Assembly: GCA_019057375.1 (NCBI GenBank)
Contig: DXJF01000159.1
Location: 1-61,943, forward strand
Source: Candidatus Heimdallarchaeota archaeon
GTDB taxonomy: Archaea; Asgardarchaeota; Heimdallarchaeia; Heimdallarchaeales; Heimdallarchaeaceae
Direction of reading: 5' to 3'
DNA: 61,943 nt
Part shown: one piece after another, positions 1 to 10,528 of the stretch
Layout: every line of letters starts with the position of its first letter
Position numbering within the stretch: the first letter of the stretch is position 1
Notes under the pieces: model-generated
Seen by the model: the letters and a program-made list of their open reading frames with translations, nothing else
Told to the model about the DNA's origin: nothing
Databases searched by the model: none
Translations under genes and position numbers: made by a program

Positions 1-904
1 AAAGGTTATTGTTTCACCAAATACTACAAAGCAAATAAAAACTGAATCTGTTAGACATGCACCTGACGAAGATTGTTATTCAACTAAACTCTATTTTGGT
101 CATGTTATGGCTATTAAAGATAAAGTTGATTATCTATTTATTCCAAGATTCGGAAGTAGTCATAAGACAAATGTTAGTTGCCCAAAATTCATCGGCTTAG
201 CAGAAGTTTTACAGTCGATGTTTCCCGATTTACCTCCAATTATAATGCCTTTCTATTCGACTGCAAAAAATGGTCATGGAAAAAGAAGGTTAATTTATCT
301 TATCTTTTCAATTGGATTCAAATTCACAAAGAATCCATTTAGAATCATCAAAGCTGCTAGAAGAGCATTTAAAGAACAAAAGGTTCACTATGAAAATTTG
401 ATTCTCGACGAAAAAACATTACACAAATGGGAGCAGACAGAATATCTACTAAATAATTTCCTAAGTCCAAAAGAGAGTGAAAGACCAATTAAAATTGCAC
501 TTGTTGGTCACTCATATGTTTTAAATGATGATTTTGCTTCGTTAAATATTCAACAGATTCTAAAGGAACATGGTGTAGACTATATAACTTCAGAGCAGCT
601 TCCCAGAACACTAGTTGAAAAACAAATGGATAAACTTGATTATAATCTTTATTTTGATTATGAGAGAGAAATACTAGGAACAATTATGCACTTCATCGAA
701 TGCAAATCTATCGATGGGATTATTCATCTTATAATTTTTAGCTGTGGTCCAGACTCTATCACAGGAGAAATGGCGGCTAGATACGCACAAAGAGATCCTT
801 CAGTTCCACTATTGCAATTAACATTCGACGAACTTACTTCAGAAACAGGTCTAGAGACTAGAATTGAAGCGTTTCTTGATTTATCAAGAAGGAGACAAAA
901 ATAA
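1..904 (+). CDS. Acyl-CoA dehydratase activase-related protein (DUF2229/COG3580-like), 5'-truncated by window edge
   Basis: Frame is open from base 2 (KVIVSPNTT...EDCYSTKLYFGHVMAIKDKVDYLFIPR), so the ORF-track start at 107 is internal; motifs CPKFIGL, GHSYVLND, FSCGPDS, DELTSETGLETRIEAFLD. Confidence 0.75.
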   Translation, partial: KVIVSPNTTKQIKTESVRHAPDEDCYSTKLYFGHVMAIKDKVDYLFIPRFGSSHKTNVSCPKFIGLAEVLQSMFPDLPPIIMPFYSTAKNGHGKRRLIYLIFSIGFKFTKNPFRIIKAARRAFKEQKVHYENLILDEKTLHKWEQTEYLLNNFLSPKESERPIKIALVGHSYVLNDDFASLNIQQILKEHGVDYITSEQLPRTLVEKQMDKLDYNLYFDYEREILGTIMHFIECKSIDGIIHLIIFSCGPDSITGEMAARYAQRDPSVPLLQLTFDELTSETGLETRIEAFLDLSRRRQK

Positions 905-1995
905 TGTCAATTACTTACCCTCACTTTGGATCATTAACTTATTTGTTTGAAATCTTCCTAAATGAATTGGGAAGACATGATATTGTTAGACCTAAAAATC
1001 CTAGTAGAAAAACTGCTATTATTGGTTCACGAAATTCTCCTGAATTCATCTGCACTCCATTTAAAATTGTTCTAGGAACTTTTATGGAATCACTAGAAGC
1101 CGGTGCTTATGAGTTAGTTATGGGAGGATTTCAAGCACATTGCAGATTTGGTTATTATTGGCCTGTTCTAAAAATGATTCTTGAAGATCTCGGATATGAT
1201 TTCAGATTTATAATCCTAGACCATACAAATCCTGTTGAATTTTTGCGAGTTTTGAAAAATGATGTTAGTGATAATCTTAAACTATTTCAAATCCTTAAAG
1301 CACTTAGAATTGTTTGGAATAAATTCTGTTGTATAGAACTTGTAGATAAGTTACTTAGCAGATATCGAGCAGTTGAATTTGATAAAGGTTCTTCTGAATT
1401 AGTTGCAGAGAAAGCATTCAAACTGATCGTTGAAGAAAAAGGCATAAGAAATATCAAGAATCTAAAAAAGAAACTGCCAGGATTATTTGAGAAAGAGGTT
1501 TGTAAAGATACTAAAGTTAATCCTTTGAAAGTTGCGATAATCGGAGAAATTTATGTTGTTCTTGAACCTTCGCTTAATTTAGAGATTCATAGAAGATTAA
1601 ATGGATTAGGAGTTATTGTAGATACTCCTGTTTCATTACGAAATTATGTAGATTTTGAGGGAATATTTAATCCTTTTAAAAAATCACATAAACAGATTAC
1701 ATTAAGAAAAGCAAAACATTATTTAGAACATAGTTGTGGTGGTGATGCTCAAGCAAGTATTGGTGATACAATTTTATATAAGGAAAAGGATTGGGATGGA
1801 ATGGTTCATCTTTACCCATTTACTTGTATGCCTGAAATAATCTCAAAAAGCATTTTACCACAAATTAGTAAAGAGTATAACATGCCTGTTATTTCTTTAA
1901 CATTAGATGAGCAAACAGGAGAAGCTGGTTTTCAAACTAGACTAGAAGCCTTTGTTGACCTTCTAGAAAGAAAGAAGGAATCGAATTGTAAGTGA
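904..1995 (+). CDS. 2-hydroxyacyl-CoA dehydratase/activase-associated protein (COG3581-like)
   Basis: SPEFICTPFKIVLG, CRFGYY, GEIYVVLEP, PFTCMPE, DEQTGEAGFQTRLEAFVD; overlaps upstream stop codon. Confidence 0.75.
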   Translation: MSITYPHFGSLTYLFEIFLNELGRHDIVRPKNPSRKTAIIGSRNSPEFICTPFKIVLGTFMESLEAGAYELVMGGFQAHCRFGYYWPVLKMILEDLGYDFRFIILDHTNPVEFLRVLKNDVSDNLKLFQILKALRIVWNKFCCIELVDKLLSRYRAVEFDKGSSELVAEKAFKLIVEEKGIRNIKNLKKKLPGLFEKEVCKDTKVNPLKVAIIGEIYVVLEPSLNLEIHRRLNGLGVIVDTPVSLRNYVDFEGIFNPFKKSHKQITLRKAKHYLEHSCGGDAQASIGDTILYKEKDWDGMVHLYPFTCMPEIISKSILPQISKEYNMPVISLTLDEQTGEAGFQTRLEAFVDLLERKKESNCK

Positions 1996-2162
1996 TATCA
2001 CTTTCTACAAAAACACATAAACAAAAGAAGCAAATAAGACACAAATCATGCTTCCAATAATTAGTAGTAAAATAATCATTTTGTTCTGATTAACACATAA
2101 TCAAACTTATCTTACTGAATCTAGTTGTTTTTCACAATGTTCTTACTTGACACACGGATAGG

Positions 2163-2191
2163 TTTATTAAATACATGTAGTTGACCTACAT
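2163..2191 (+). promoter_or_regulatory. TATA-like box followed by inverted repeat ATGTAG-N5-CTACAT (candidate repressor operator)
   Basis: TTTATTAAATA at 2163-2173; perfect 6-bp arms at 2175-2180 and 2186-2191; 18 nt upstream of the ATG at 2210. Confidence 0.5.
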
Positions 2192-2209
2192 ATCTTAAAG
2201 GTGTAAATC

Positions 2210-2692
2210 ATGGTTAGTCCAATAATCCCCACATTAATCAACTTCCTCCACGAGATATTTACAATCATTTGGATAGGAGGAATGCTACTATTAGTTCTGG
2301 TCATAATGCCAATTTTGAAAAAGCAATTTAAGCCAGAGGAATTTGAACTTCTTAATAAGAAGATTAGAAGTAGATTAAGCATATTTGTCTATATATCGAT
2401 AGTTGTTCTGCTTGTAACTGGATTACTACTCTCAAAGCAATCAACATTATCAAGTAGCTTTTTCTCATTTGAAAACACATATTCAATTATCTTATCAATT
2501 AAGCACATTCTATACTTCTTGATGGTTGCAATTGCAGTTTTCAGAGGTACTATATTAGATAGAATAAAAGGGATGAACAAAGATGTTAAGCATAAAGTTA
2601 GTAAGGTTCTATTACTGTCAAATGTTATCTTTGCAATTGCAGTTTTATTCTTAAGTGCATATACTGGAGTACTCGCTTCTATGCCAATTTAA
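2210..2692 (+). CDS. CopD/DUF4149-like four-helix membrane protein
   Basis: FLHEIFTIIWIGGML motif, four hydrophobic segments, ILSIKHIL. Confidence 0.65.
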   Translation: MVSPIIPTLINFLHEIFTIIWIGGMLLLVLVIMPILKKQFKPEEFELLNKKIRSRLSIFVYISIVVLLVTGLLLSKQSTLSSSFFSFENTYSIILSIKHILYFLMVAIAVFRGTILDRIKGMNKDVKHKVSKVLLLSNVIFAIAVLFLSAYTGVLASMPI

Positions 2693-2751
2693 TAGAAAAA
2701 ATTAATATTGCTCCTTTCTTTCTTTTACCTATATTATCTGAGAGTGAATCA

Positions 2752-3111
2752 ATGAACAATTCAACTAGAGAAAATATTCTCGAACCTGTACCAGTTGTTA
2801 GAACGTTATTGTTATTCTTGCTAAAAAGAAACCCTAACTCTTCAGGATACAAATTAATTAATCTTGTAAAAGAGTTTACAGCTGATCAAATTAGTCTGAA
2901 GACAGGAACTCTTTACCCTGAACTGAAAAAAATGGTTGAAGAAGGGATATTAATTCAAGATGAACATGTTACAGGTAAGAGAATAGCTTACCTCTATTGT
3001 TTGACTAACAAAGGTGATGAAGAGCTACTTAGATTAATTACTGCTATCAAAACTAAGAAAGATGTGTTACTTGACCCACTAATTAAAGAATATTCCAAAG
3101 ATAAATCTTAA
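2752..3111 (+). CDS. PadR family transcriptional regulator
   Basis: SGYKLI...GTLYPELKKMVEEGIL...RIAYLYCLTNKG winged-helix pattern. Confidence 0.85.
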   Translation: MNNSTRENILEPVPVVRTLLLFLLKRNPNSSGYKLINLVKEFTADQISLKTGTLYPELKKMVEEGILIQDEHVTGKRIAYLYCLTNKGDEELLRLITAIKTKKDVLLDPLIKEYSKDKS

Positions 3112-3175
3112 GAAATTGCAGAAACTCAAGCTTCCGATTAGTTGTATGTCTCAAGTACATGTCTTCGCCAACATA

Positions 3176-5167
3176 TCAAAATGCAAAGAAATTCCATGAA
3201 GTGAATATTCCAATCAGAATTATTAAGAGTGCAACTAGAACAGAAAAATGAATTCTTCCAGCTAATTTCCAATAAGGTTTACTCTCCTTGTTTTTAAATC
3301 CAGTCCATGAAAACCATGCGAATACTATTGTGATGATAACTGAAATAAGAAATAAGAATGGGAAAACTAGTAAACCTTTGAAAGCTGTAACCATTTCACT
3401 TACCAGCAAAATATCTGAATTCAATTTTACTGCAGTAATTACTAATATAATAGTTCCAAAAATGAGATTACCTAGAAAACTCCATCTTGCCACTCTCTGA
3501 ATTGAAGGAGATTCTTCTTTCTTCTTGTAGACCCTTACTAAACCTTTTGTTCCCCAATATGCTAATGAGATAAACATGAGAATGAGAATTACAGCAACCA
3601 AAACTGGCTTAAACGCAGATTCAAAATAGAGAGGATGAGTTCTTTCATAAGCAATAATAGGTCCTACAAAATTTGTGTAGAAATGAGTTATTTTTCCTCT
3701 GTTATCTTCTATGAATGCTATCTCTAAATGGTATTCACTTGTTGATTCAACAAAATAATTAGGTTCAACTTCCACAAATCTTATATTACCTATACCGCCA
3801 ACAGCAAGCAATCCTTTTTCTGCGGTAATTGATAAGCTCTCACTAAGATAATCTCTTTCATCAACAGCAGGTTTATCGGAATAAACTCTTCTAGACGAGA
3901 CGTAAAGTCCTTCAAACTTTCTTGCACGATTTTTGTATCCTTCCATTGGTTCAATAGCTTCCACAGGATATTGAAAATATTCTTCAATAATTTCATCAAA
4001 GAGTAGGGTTCTTGCAATAGAGCCGCCCATGCTATTGTAAGATGCAAAAATACCTATATTGAGTTCAGGAAGAAGAATCATTCGACTGTGGAAGAATCCT
4101 GTATCTCCACCATGACCAATTATACGTTGATCACTCACATCAAATTCGTAAGCTCCTAAACCTATTGATGCAAGATTTTCATGAGTAGTAAATTGTTTAC
4201 TTAACATCAGTTCTACAGAAGCATTTTCCAAAATTCTACTACCATCAAAGGTTCCATTATTTAATAGGGTCATCATAAATTTCGACATGTCAGAAGCTGT
4301 AGAACTACATGAGCCAGCAGGTGGAATGCTAATGTATTCAAAATAGGCGGGGATGTTATTTAAAATATGTCCAGCTGACATCTGTGAAGATAGGGAAACT
4401 GGAAGAGGTTGCAAAAATGTTGTAGAATTCATACTTAAGGGAGTTAATATTTCATCTTGTATGTAAGTTTCAAAATTCTTACCAGAAATTTCCTGAACTA
4501 TATAACCTGCTAGAGCAAAACCATAGTTCGAATATGCTGAAATTTTACCTGGAAGTCTTACCCTATCAGGGATTTCTTCAGCTAAAATCGTTTCTAAAGG
4601 TTCCATTAAAGAAGAACTTGATAATATTGTGCGAAGGGTTGATCTCTCAAATCCAGCTGTATGTGTTAACAAATGTCTAAGAGTTATTGATTCGTCAAAT
4701 GTTTCTGGTATTTTGAAAGCAGTAAGATAATCATTAATGTCAGTGTCCAGATCTAACAATTCATCTTCTACCAATTGTAGAACTGCAATAGAAGTGAAAG
4801 TTTTTGAAATGGAACCTATTCTAAATATCGTTTCATTGGCCACAACAGGAGTTTGAGTGACATAGTTAGCATAGCCATATCCTTTCTCAAGAAATACAGA
4901 GCCATCTTTTACCATAGAAAATGTAACACCAGCAAGAGAATAATTATCAAATTGTTCAGATATAATTTGATCTAAGAAAGTTTCTAGTTCAGTTGGTGTA
5001 GGTAATTCTTGACTAGTATCCTCAGCAAGATTAGTTTTTAATCCATTTGCATGAAAAGTGCTATCAATTACTGTATTGGAGGAGGTAAAAAATGGAGTGA
5101 GAAGTAAAGCTACAAGAACTATAATTGTCTGTTTCTGGAAGCTATGCCTTTTATTTATGAACCACAT
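3176..5167 (-). CDS. Membrane-anchored serine hydrolase (beta-lactamase class C/AmpC-like fold)
   Basis: SxxK (GSISKTF), YxN (YSNYG), HGGDT; N-terminal signal peptide and C-terminal TM helices. Confidence 0.85.
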   Translation of the reverse strand: MWFINKRHSFQKQTIIVLVALLLTPFFTSSNTVIDSTFHANGLKTNLAEDTSQELPTPTELETFLDQIISEQFDNYSLAGVTFSMVKDGSVFLEKGYGYANYVTQTPVVANETIFRIGSISKTFTSIAVLQLVEDELLDLDTDINDYLTAFKIPETFDESITLRHLLTHTAGFERSTLRTILSSSSLMEPLETILAEEIPDRVRLPGKISAYSNYGFALAGYIVQEISGKNFETYIQDEILTPLSMNSTTFLQPLPVSLSSQMSAGHILNNIPAYFEYISIPPAGSCSSTASDMSKFMMTLLNNGTFDGSRILENASVELMLSKQFTTHENLASIGLGAYEFDVSDQRIIGHGGDTGFFHSRMILLPELNIGIFASYNSMGGSIARTLLFDEIIEEYFQYPVEAIEPMEGYKNRARKFEGLYVSSRRVYSDKPAVDERDYLSESLSITAEKGLLAVGGIGNIRFVEVEPNYFVESTSEYHLEIAFIEDNRGKITHFYTNFVGPIIAYERTHPLYFESAFKPVLVAVILILMFISLAYWGTKGLVRVYKKKEESPSIQRVARWSFLGNLIFGTIILVITAVKLNSDILLVSEMVTAFKGLLVFPFLFLISVIITIVFAWFSWTGFKNKESKPYWKLAGRIHFSVLVALLIILIGIFTSWNFFAF

Positions 5168-5295
5168 TCAAATTGGGAAATAGACTTGAATATTTATTAA
5201 GCTATGTAAATAGAAATTGTGTGATACGAATAGTTCCTTTAATCGAGGTTTAGTATAACTTTAGAATATTGTAGCTAATAAATGAAGATTATATA

Positions 5296-6978
5296 TTATT
5301 TTGTTTTATTTAATCGTTTTTTTAGAGTTTTTCTTTTTAAGAAGATAGTAACCACAAACGAGGAAGACAAAATTAAGAATATCAGGTGATTCCTAGAAAG
5401 CTCAGGTACAACAACATCTCCCTCTTGAATTCTACCATCATATGCAACTAGACTAATGTCTGGGATTTTTCTAATGTAGTTGATTGCAGCATCTCGATAC
5501 ATGAAACCTGTATCTGTTGCAGGATAGACATCTTTGAAACTAACCCACCACACATAATCGATCATAAGTCCAGTATAAATGTTAGTAGGAATTATTTCTT
5601 CAAAAGTACAAGTTGAATTAATATACGCAGAGGTAATGTGAAATCCACCATCATAGTTGTAGCTGTATCTAATATTACCAATTGCATAATATCCATGTCC
5701 GGAGGTCAAAATATCTAATAATTCCTGACCTGTAATGCTTAGTTCGAGCATGTTATTTTCAAAAGGAATAACTGAAACTACATCCCCCATTGTGACATCC
5801 CCAGCACGGAAATAGTCTCTTATTCCTCCACCTCTATTAGTTATTGAAAAATCGTGGGTCCAGTTGAAATAGTCTAACATTCCATCTGCTACAAGATTAC
5901 CGATCCCACTTTCAGGAGAGGGATCATATATAGCAGTAGAAGCATATGATATTACTTCATCGGCACCTACAAGATCTACCCAGTAGTCAACTACTTGCTG
6001 GATCTCAGCATTAGGTGTAACTCCCCCTTCAGTATTTGCGACTAGATGCCCACTCTGTGAAACCACAAGTTTTGGATCAAGTGTAGTATCAACCTCTAGA
6101 ACTATTCGTACATATTGCTGAGCATAATGTCCTGCCATCGCCACAATTGAACCACTAACTTCCGTGACAGTAGGAGTGCCACCATGACCTCCTAGAAAGA
6201 CGCTAATATTAAGATCAGCTACATTAGCTGCTAAACTTATCAGTTCATTAGGTACAACATGAGTCAAAGCAATTATGATATCTGCTCCTGCAGTTCTCAT
6301 TGCTGGAACATTATTTCTCAAAGCCGTTTCATAATTTCCGAAATCATAATACTGAGTATATTTTGGATGAGCAGAAGTATATGTACTTGTAGTTGTTAAC
6401 CCCACAATTCCAACCTGTATCCCAGCATGTTCTTGAACAACCCAAGGAATGGTGAAGTTAGCTAAGTCAGTTGTACCTACATCATATATATTACATGATA
6501 ATAAGGGGAAATTAGCTATGTTTTGTCGATAATTCAACCAATCTATACCATAATCAAATTCATGATTACCAATAGCTGAAGCAGTAAAATTCATAGCATT
6601 CATAACATCCATCATAGATTCTCCTTTAGTTAGAGTAGCAACAGCTGGACCAGTGTTTTCATCCCCCCCATTTAAGAGAAGGAAAGAATCATCTGATGCA
6701 TTAAACCCTTCTTGCTTGAAATAACTCATGTAAGTTGCTGCACCACCTCTACCATCATGAGGTTCAAGCCAGCCATGCCAATCATTAATGTGAAGAATTG
6801 TAAGATTTACAGTATCAGCATTTAGTTTTACATCAGAGAAATCAGATGGGACATTTGTCTTAACAAGAGTTGTGAAGTTAGTAACAGCTGATTCTGGTTG
6901 CTTAAGTGGAGAATTCACCACCATCGATAAGACTAGAATGGTGTTAATTATGAAAAAGGTAATTGAATGTTTTCTCAT
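5296..6978 (-). CDS. Secreted bifunctional metallophosphatase/5'-nucleotidase with C-terminal membrane anchor
   Basis: HINDWHG, GGDENTG, GNHEFD, GGHG, NRGGGIR, PFEN; ends VVPEL + TM + basic tail. Confidence 0.9.
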   Translation of the reverse strand: MRKHSITFFIINTILVLSMVVNSPLKQPESAVTNFTTLVKTNVPSDFSDVKLNADTVNLTILHINDWHGWLEPHDGRGGAATYMSYFKQEGFNASDDSFLLLNGGDENTGPAVATLTKGESMMDVMNAMNFTASAIGNHEFDYGIDWLNYRQNIANFPLLSCNIYDVGTTDLANFTIPWVVQEHAGIQVGIVGLTTTSTYTSAHPKYTQYYDFGNYETALRNNVPAMRTAGADIIIALTHVVPNELISLAANVADLNISVFLGGHGGTPTVTEVSGSIVAMAGHYAQQYVRIVLEVDTTLDPKLVVSQSGHLVANTEGGVTPNAEIQQVVDYWVDLVGADEVISYASTAIYDPSPESGIGNLVADGMLDYFNWTHDFSITNRGGGIRDYFRAGDVTMGDVVSVIPFENNMLELSITGQELLDILTSGHGYYAIGNIRYSYNYDGGFHITSAYINSTCTFEEIIPTNIYTGLMIDYVWWVSFKDVYPATDTGFMYRDAAINYIRKIPDISLVAYDGRIQEGDVVVPELSRNHLIFLILSSSFVVTIFLKRKTLKKRLNKTK

Positions 6979-7132
6979 TTTATATAGAACAGAATGAAAT
7001 AACGGCTTATTAATTTATAGATAAATTCTCAAAGGTAAACTGAATCAACTTTCCTTTAATATTAATTAGTAAACAAGAATTAACAGTATTTTGAGAAATG
7101 CTTTTATTATTGTGTAAATCTTTTCGACTATC

Positions 7133-7738
7133 ATGAACACATTTCATTTTATGGCAATTTGTGGAATGCTTTCACCTATAATCTATACCATAACATGGAT
7201 TATTGGAGGATTTATTCGAACAGACTATAGCCATATTCGAGATGATGTAAGTTCTCTTTTCGCTATTGGAGCACCAAAAAGATGGTTATTTAACTCATTA
7301 TTCATTTCTGGTAGCGCATTGTTGTTTATTTTTTCTTTTGGACTACTCTGGGGAATAGAGGGAAATGGATCAGTTGTTGGACCAATTCTATTTCTTATTA
7401 GTACATTCATAGGATTACTTGTGACACTCTTCTTCCCTTTAGATGAAGGTGGAGAATTAGTAACACTACGGGGAAAGCTACATTTGATTCTTATAGTAAT
7501 ATCAGGAATTTTTGTATTGGTATCAATGATTCTTTTATGGCTTCGAACCAAAGTTTTAGCAGGTTGGATTGGCTTTGCTTGGTTCTCGTTAGTTTCAGTA
7601 CCAGTTATGCTTATTCTTATGGCTTTATCAGGCATCTTTGGTGGTGGACCTTACTTGGGTTTAGTAGAAAGATTCATGGTCAGTTACTTTCAGGTATACT
7701 ACTTTGTTATAGCATTAATGTTATTTCTAAATAATTAA
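7133..7738 (+). CDS. DUF998 family membrane protein
   Basis: DYSHIRDDVSSLFAIGAP, FPLD, LHLIL, GLVERF. Confidence 0.8.
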   Translation: MNTFHFMAICGMLSPIIYTITWIIGGFIRTDYSHIRDDVSSLFAIGAPKRWLFNSLFISGSALLFIFSFGLLWGIEGNGSVVGPILFLISTFIGLLVTLFFPLDEGGELVTLRGKLHLILIVISGIFVLVSMILLWLRTKVLAGWIGFAWFSLVSVPVMLILMALSGIFGGGPYLGLVERFMVSYFQVYYFVIALMLFLNN

Positions 7739-7811
7739 TTGTTAAAAAGGAGCAAAAAAGTTGGTAAGAAAGAATTTTTCCTTCTTAATTTCTAGGTGAT
7801 TTCAGTAGAGG

Positions 7812-9323
7812 TTAGGAAGTGACGAACTTTCTTTTGTCTTTCTTACAAATAACTTGTGTTATATTTCTACCTGACATAATTCCTACAGGTACTCCTCCAC
7901 CAACTGTAGCCCATTGACTAATCAAATAGAAGTTCTTTAACCCAGGAAGAGTCTTTTTCATACGTGTAACTAAACCTTTAGGAGTTAACATCCATCCCAT
8001 ATATCTCCCTTTCCAGTTATTTGTATATCGGATATAAGTAGCAGGTGTTGCAACATCAATGACTTCTACTTTTGATTTAATATTCCCAAAGAACTTGTCT
8101 AATCTGTCTATAACTTCCTCAGCTATTTTCTTTTTCTCTGCACGATATCTTTCTCTATCCTCATTTCTAAGATTACTCCAATATTCATCATTGTGAGTTT
8201 CAATTGAAACAGTGACAGTTGTTTTTCCTGCAGGAGCAAGTGTTGGATCGAAGTTGTAAATCATTAGCTCTAATCGTTCAATTTTATTATTATCTTCAAA
8301 AATTATTGGCTCATCAATAAACAGAGAGTATGAGTGGGGAGTGTTATCGAAAGTTCTATTTATCCCTAAAGATACTTGAACTAATGATCTAAAGAGATTT
8401 AGAGATTTATAGTAGTTCGCGATTTTTTTATCAATATATTTTCCTTCTAACATCTCAAAGATAGTATTGTATCCATCAGCAGCTGAAATGATTATATCAG
8501 CATGATGTTCATCTCCATTCTCGAGAATTATACCTTTTGCACTGTTTTTATCAATAATAATTTGAGTAACGTTTTGTTTGAAATGTAATTTTCCTCCAAG
8601 ACTTATGTAACGTTCTTCAATCTTTCTAGCAAATTCGAGAGAACCTCCAATGGGATATCCAGCAGATTTCAAGTTCATTGCTGAAAAAGATGTTATCATC
8701 GCTATTAGAGACATTTCTTCTCCCTCAAAACTTGCTGGAAGAACTTCTTTTAAGAATGGATTGGTTAGTTTGTTAACAAAATCTCTTACAGATATATTCC
8801 ATTTTTTTTGTAGATTGAGATAAGGTTTCATATCTTTGAGTAATTTTAATAATTCTACCATCCCTAAGGTCTCAGGAGCTACATCAATAGGCATATCAAT
8901 TTTATCGAATTCTTGTATTGCATTGATGAATTCTTCAATTATTACACTGTCTTCTGGAGCTATTCTTAACAATTCTCTTTTTAATTTCTCAGTATCAGCA
9001 AATAGTGTAAGAATGGTACCATCTTTTACTATCTGTGAATATTCCTTAAAATCAACAATTTCCATTCCCTGTATATCTATAAGCTCTTTCCATAAAGGAT
9101 AGAAGGCGTTTGATTCACCTGTACCATACAAGAAATGAATGCAACCATCGAAAGTGTACCCCTTTCTTGTCCAGGAAGTACAACAACCCCCTGATTTATC
9201 ATGCATTTCAAAAATCTCAGTATCATAACCATTTATTTGAAGATAACTCCCTGCACAAAGTCCTGCAATCCCTCCACCGATTATAATTACTTTTTTTTTT
9301 GTCATAATAACTACTTTACTCAT
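7812..9323 (-). CDS. FAD-dependent oxidoreductase, phytoene desaturase-like superfamily (start may be 9305)
   Basis: IIGGGIAGL Rossmann motif, FEMHDKSGGCC, GYTFDG, DVATPATYIRYT, GGGVP. Confidence 0.8.
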   Translation of the reverse strand: MSKVVIMTKKKVIIIGGGIAGLCAGSYLQINGYDTEIFEMHDKSGGCCTSWTRKGYTFDGCIHFLYGTGESNAFYPLWKELIDIQGMEIVDFKEYSQIVKDGTILTLFADTEKLKRELLRIAPEDSVIIEEFINAIQEFDKIDMPIDVAPETLGMVELLKLLKDMKPYLNLQKKWNISVRDFVNKLTNPFLKEVLPASFEGEEMSLIAMITSFSAMNLKSAGYPIGGSLEFARKIEERYISLGGKLHFKQNVTQIIIDKNSAKGIILENGDEHHADIIISAADGYNTIFEMLEGKYIDKKIANYYKSLNLFRSLVQVSLGINRTFDNTPHSYSLFIDEPIIFEDNNKIERLELMIYNFDPTLAPAGKTTVTVSIETHNDEYWSNLRNEDRERYRAEKKKIAEEVIDRLDKFFGNIKSKVEVIDVATPATYIRYTNNWKGRYMGWMLTPKGLVTRMKKTLPGLKNFYLISQWATVGGGVPVGIMSGRNITQVICKKDKRKFVTS

Positions 9324-9397
9324 TAACTATAATAAAGTTTAGCGAAAATAGAAGAAGAAATCACAAGGTTTATCATTTTATTTCTCATTCCTGACTC

Positions 9398-10357
9398 ATG
9401 AAAGCTGTAGTTTATGATAAATTTGGTCCTCCAGATGTTCTAGAATTTAAAGATGTAGATAAGCCAACACCTAAAGACAATGAAATCCTTCTCAAGGTGC
9501 ACGCAACTTCTGTAAATGCTATAGATATGATTTTCCGTAGTGGAGCCAGTCTCTTATTCGGCTTTACAAAAGTAATGGCAGGTTTTAGGAAGCCTAAAGT
9601 AAATATTCTAGGATTTGATGCTTCAGGCGAGGTTGACTCTGTTGGAAATAAAGTAACTAAATTCAAAAAGGGTGATCTTGTTTATGGAGCTGCAATGCTT
9701 CCAGGAGGAAATGCCGAATATTATCGTATTGCTGAAGAGAGAGCAGCATTAAAACCTGCTAATATGACTCACATAGAAGCTGCAGCTGTACCAGATGCAG
9801 CTTGCGTTGCTTACAGTGCGTTAATTGATAAAGTAAGTATTCAAGAAGGACAAAAAGTGCTTATTTATGGCGCATCCGGAGGTGTAGGAACCTTTGCTAT
9901 ACAAGTTGCTAGACTGTTTACTACTGAAGTTACTGCTGTATGCAGTACTGATAAAATCAGCAATGCCAAAGAACTTGGTGCTAAAGAAATAATAGATTAT
10001 ACTCAAGAAAATTTCACCACAAATGGTCAAGTTTATGATATTATCTTTGATGCAGTAGGGAGAAAAAAGATTACATATAAAGATTGTAAAAAATCGCTAA
10101 CTAAGAAAGGGATTTATATTACAGTTGATTTAGAAGCAGTATTGTTCAAATACATGTTCAATAAAAGAGTGATAGGGATTTTTGCTCCTGTTAATACTCA
10201 GATATTAGACTTCCTTAGAGAGCAAATTGAAGCAAGGAAAATTAAATCGATTGTTGAGAAAACCTTTCCATTAAGTCAAACAGCTGATGCACATAGGTAC
10301 TACGAAAAAGGTCATTTAAAAGGAAAAGTTGTAATATCGGTAATTAATAATAACTAG
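9398..10357 (+). CDS. NAD(P)-dependent MDR-family oxidoreductase (quinone oxidoreductase-like)
   Basis: VHATSVN, GFDASGEV, YGASGGVGTFAIQ, GHLKGKVVI. Confidence 0.9.
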   Translation: MKAVVYDKFGPPDVLEFKDVDKPTPKDNEILLKVHATSVNAIDMIFRSGASLLFGFTKVMAGFRKPKVNILGFDASGEVDSVGNKVTKFKKGDLVYGAAMLPGGNAEYYRIAEERAALKPANMTHIEAAAVPDAACVAYSALIDKVSIQEGQKVLIYGASGGVGTFAIQVARLFTTEVTAVCSTDKISNAKELGAKEIIDYTQENFTTNGQVYDIIFDAVGRKKITYKDCKKSLTKKGIYITVDLEAVLFKYMFNKRVIGIFAPVNTQILDFLREQIEARKIKSIVEKTFPLSQTADAHRYYEKGHLKGKVVISVINNN

Positions 10358-10528
10358 AGTCGTGATAAGTTCTTTTCAAATCAAGCGGAAGGAATACAAT
10401 TTCTTTAAAGATATAGTTCCTTTCTTTTTTCATTCTAACAATTTATAAGAATTATAAAAATTTGTAACTTTCTAATAATTCGTGATGTCTTAATTTAAGG
10501 AAAAGAATATAATAACCAAATACAAAGT

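Noticed and set aside
3176-5167. Antibiotic resistance beta-lactamase
   Set aside because: The AmpC-like fold with TM anchors is typical of peptidases/esterases; there is no evidence of beta-lactam specificity
7812-9323. Carotenoid biosynthesis locus
   Set aside because: A single desaturase-superfamily gene with no phytoene synthase or cyclase nearby; the family includes many non-carotenoid oxidoreductases
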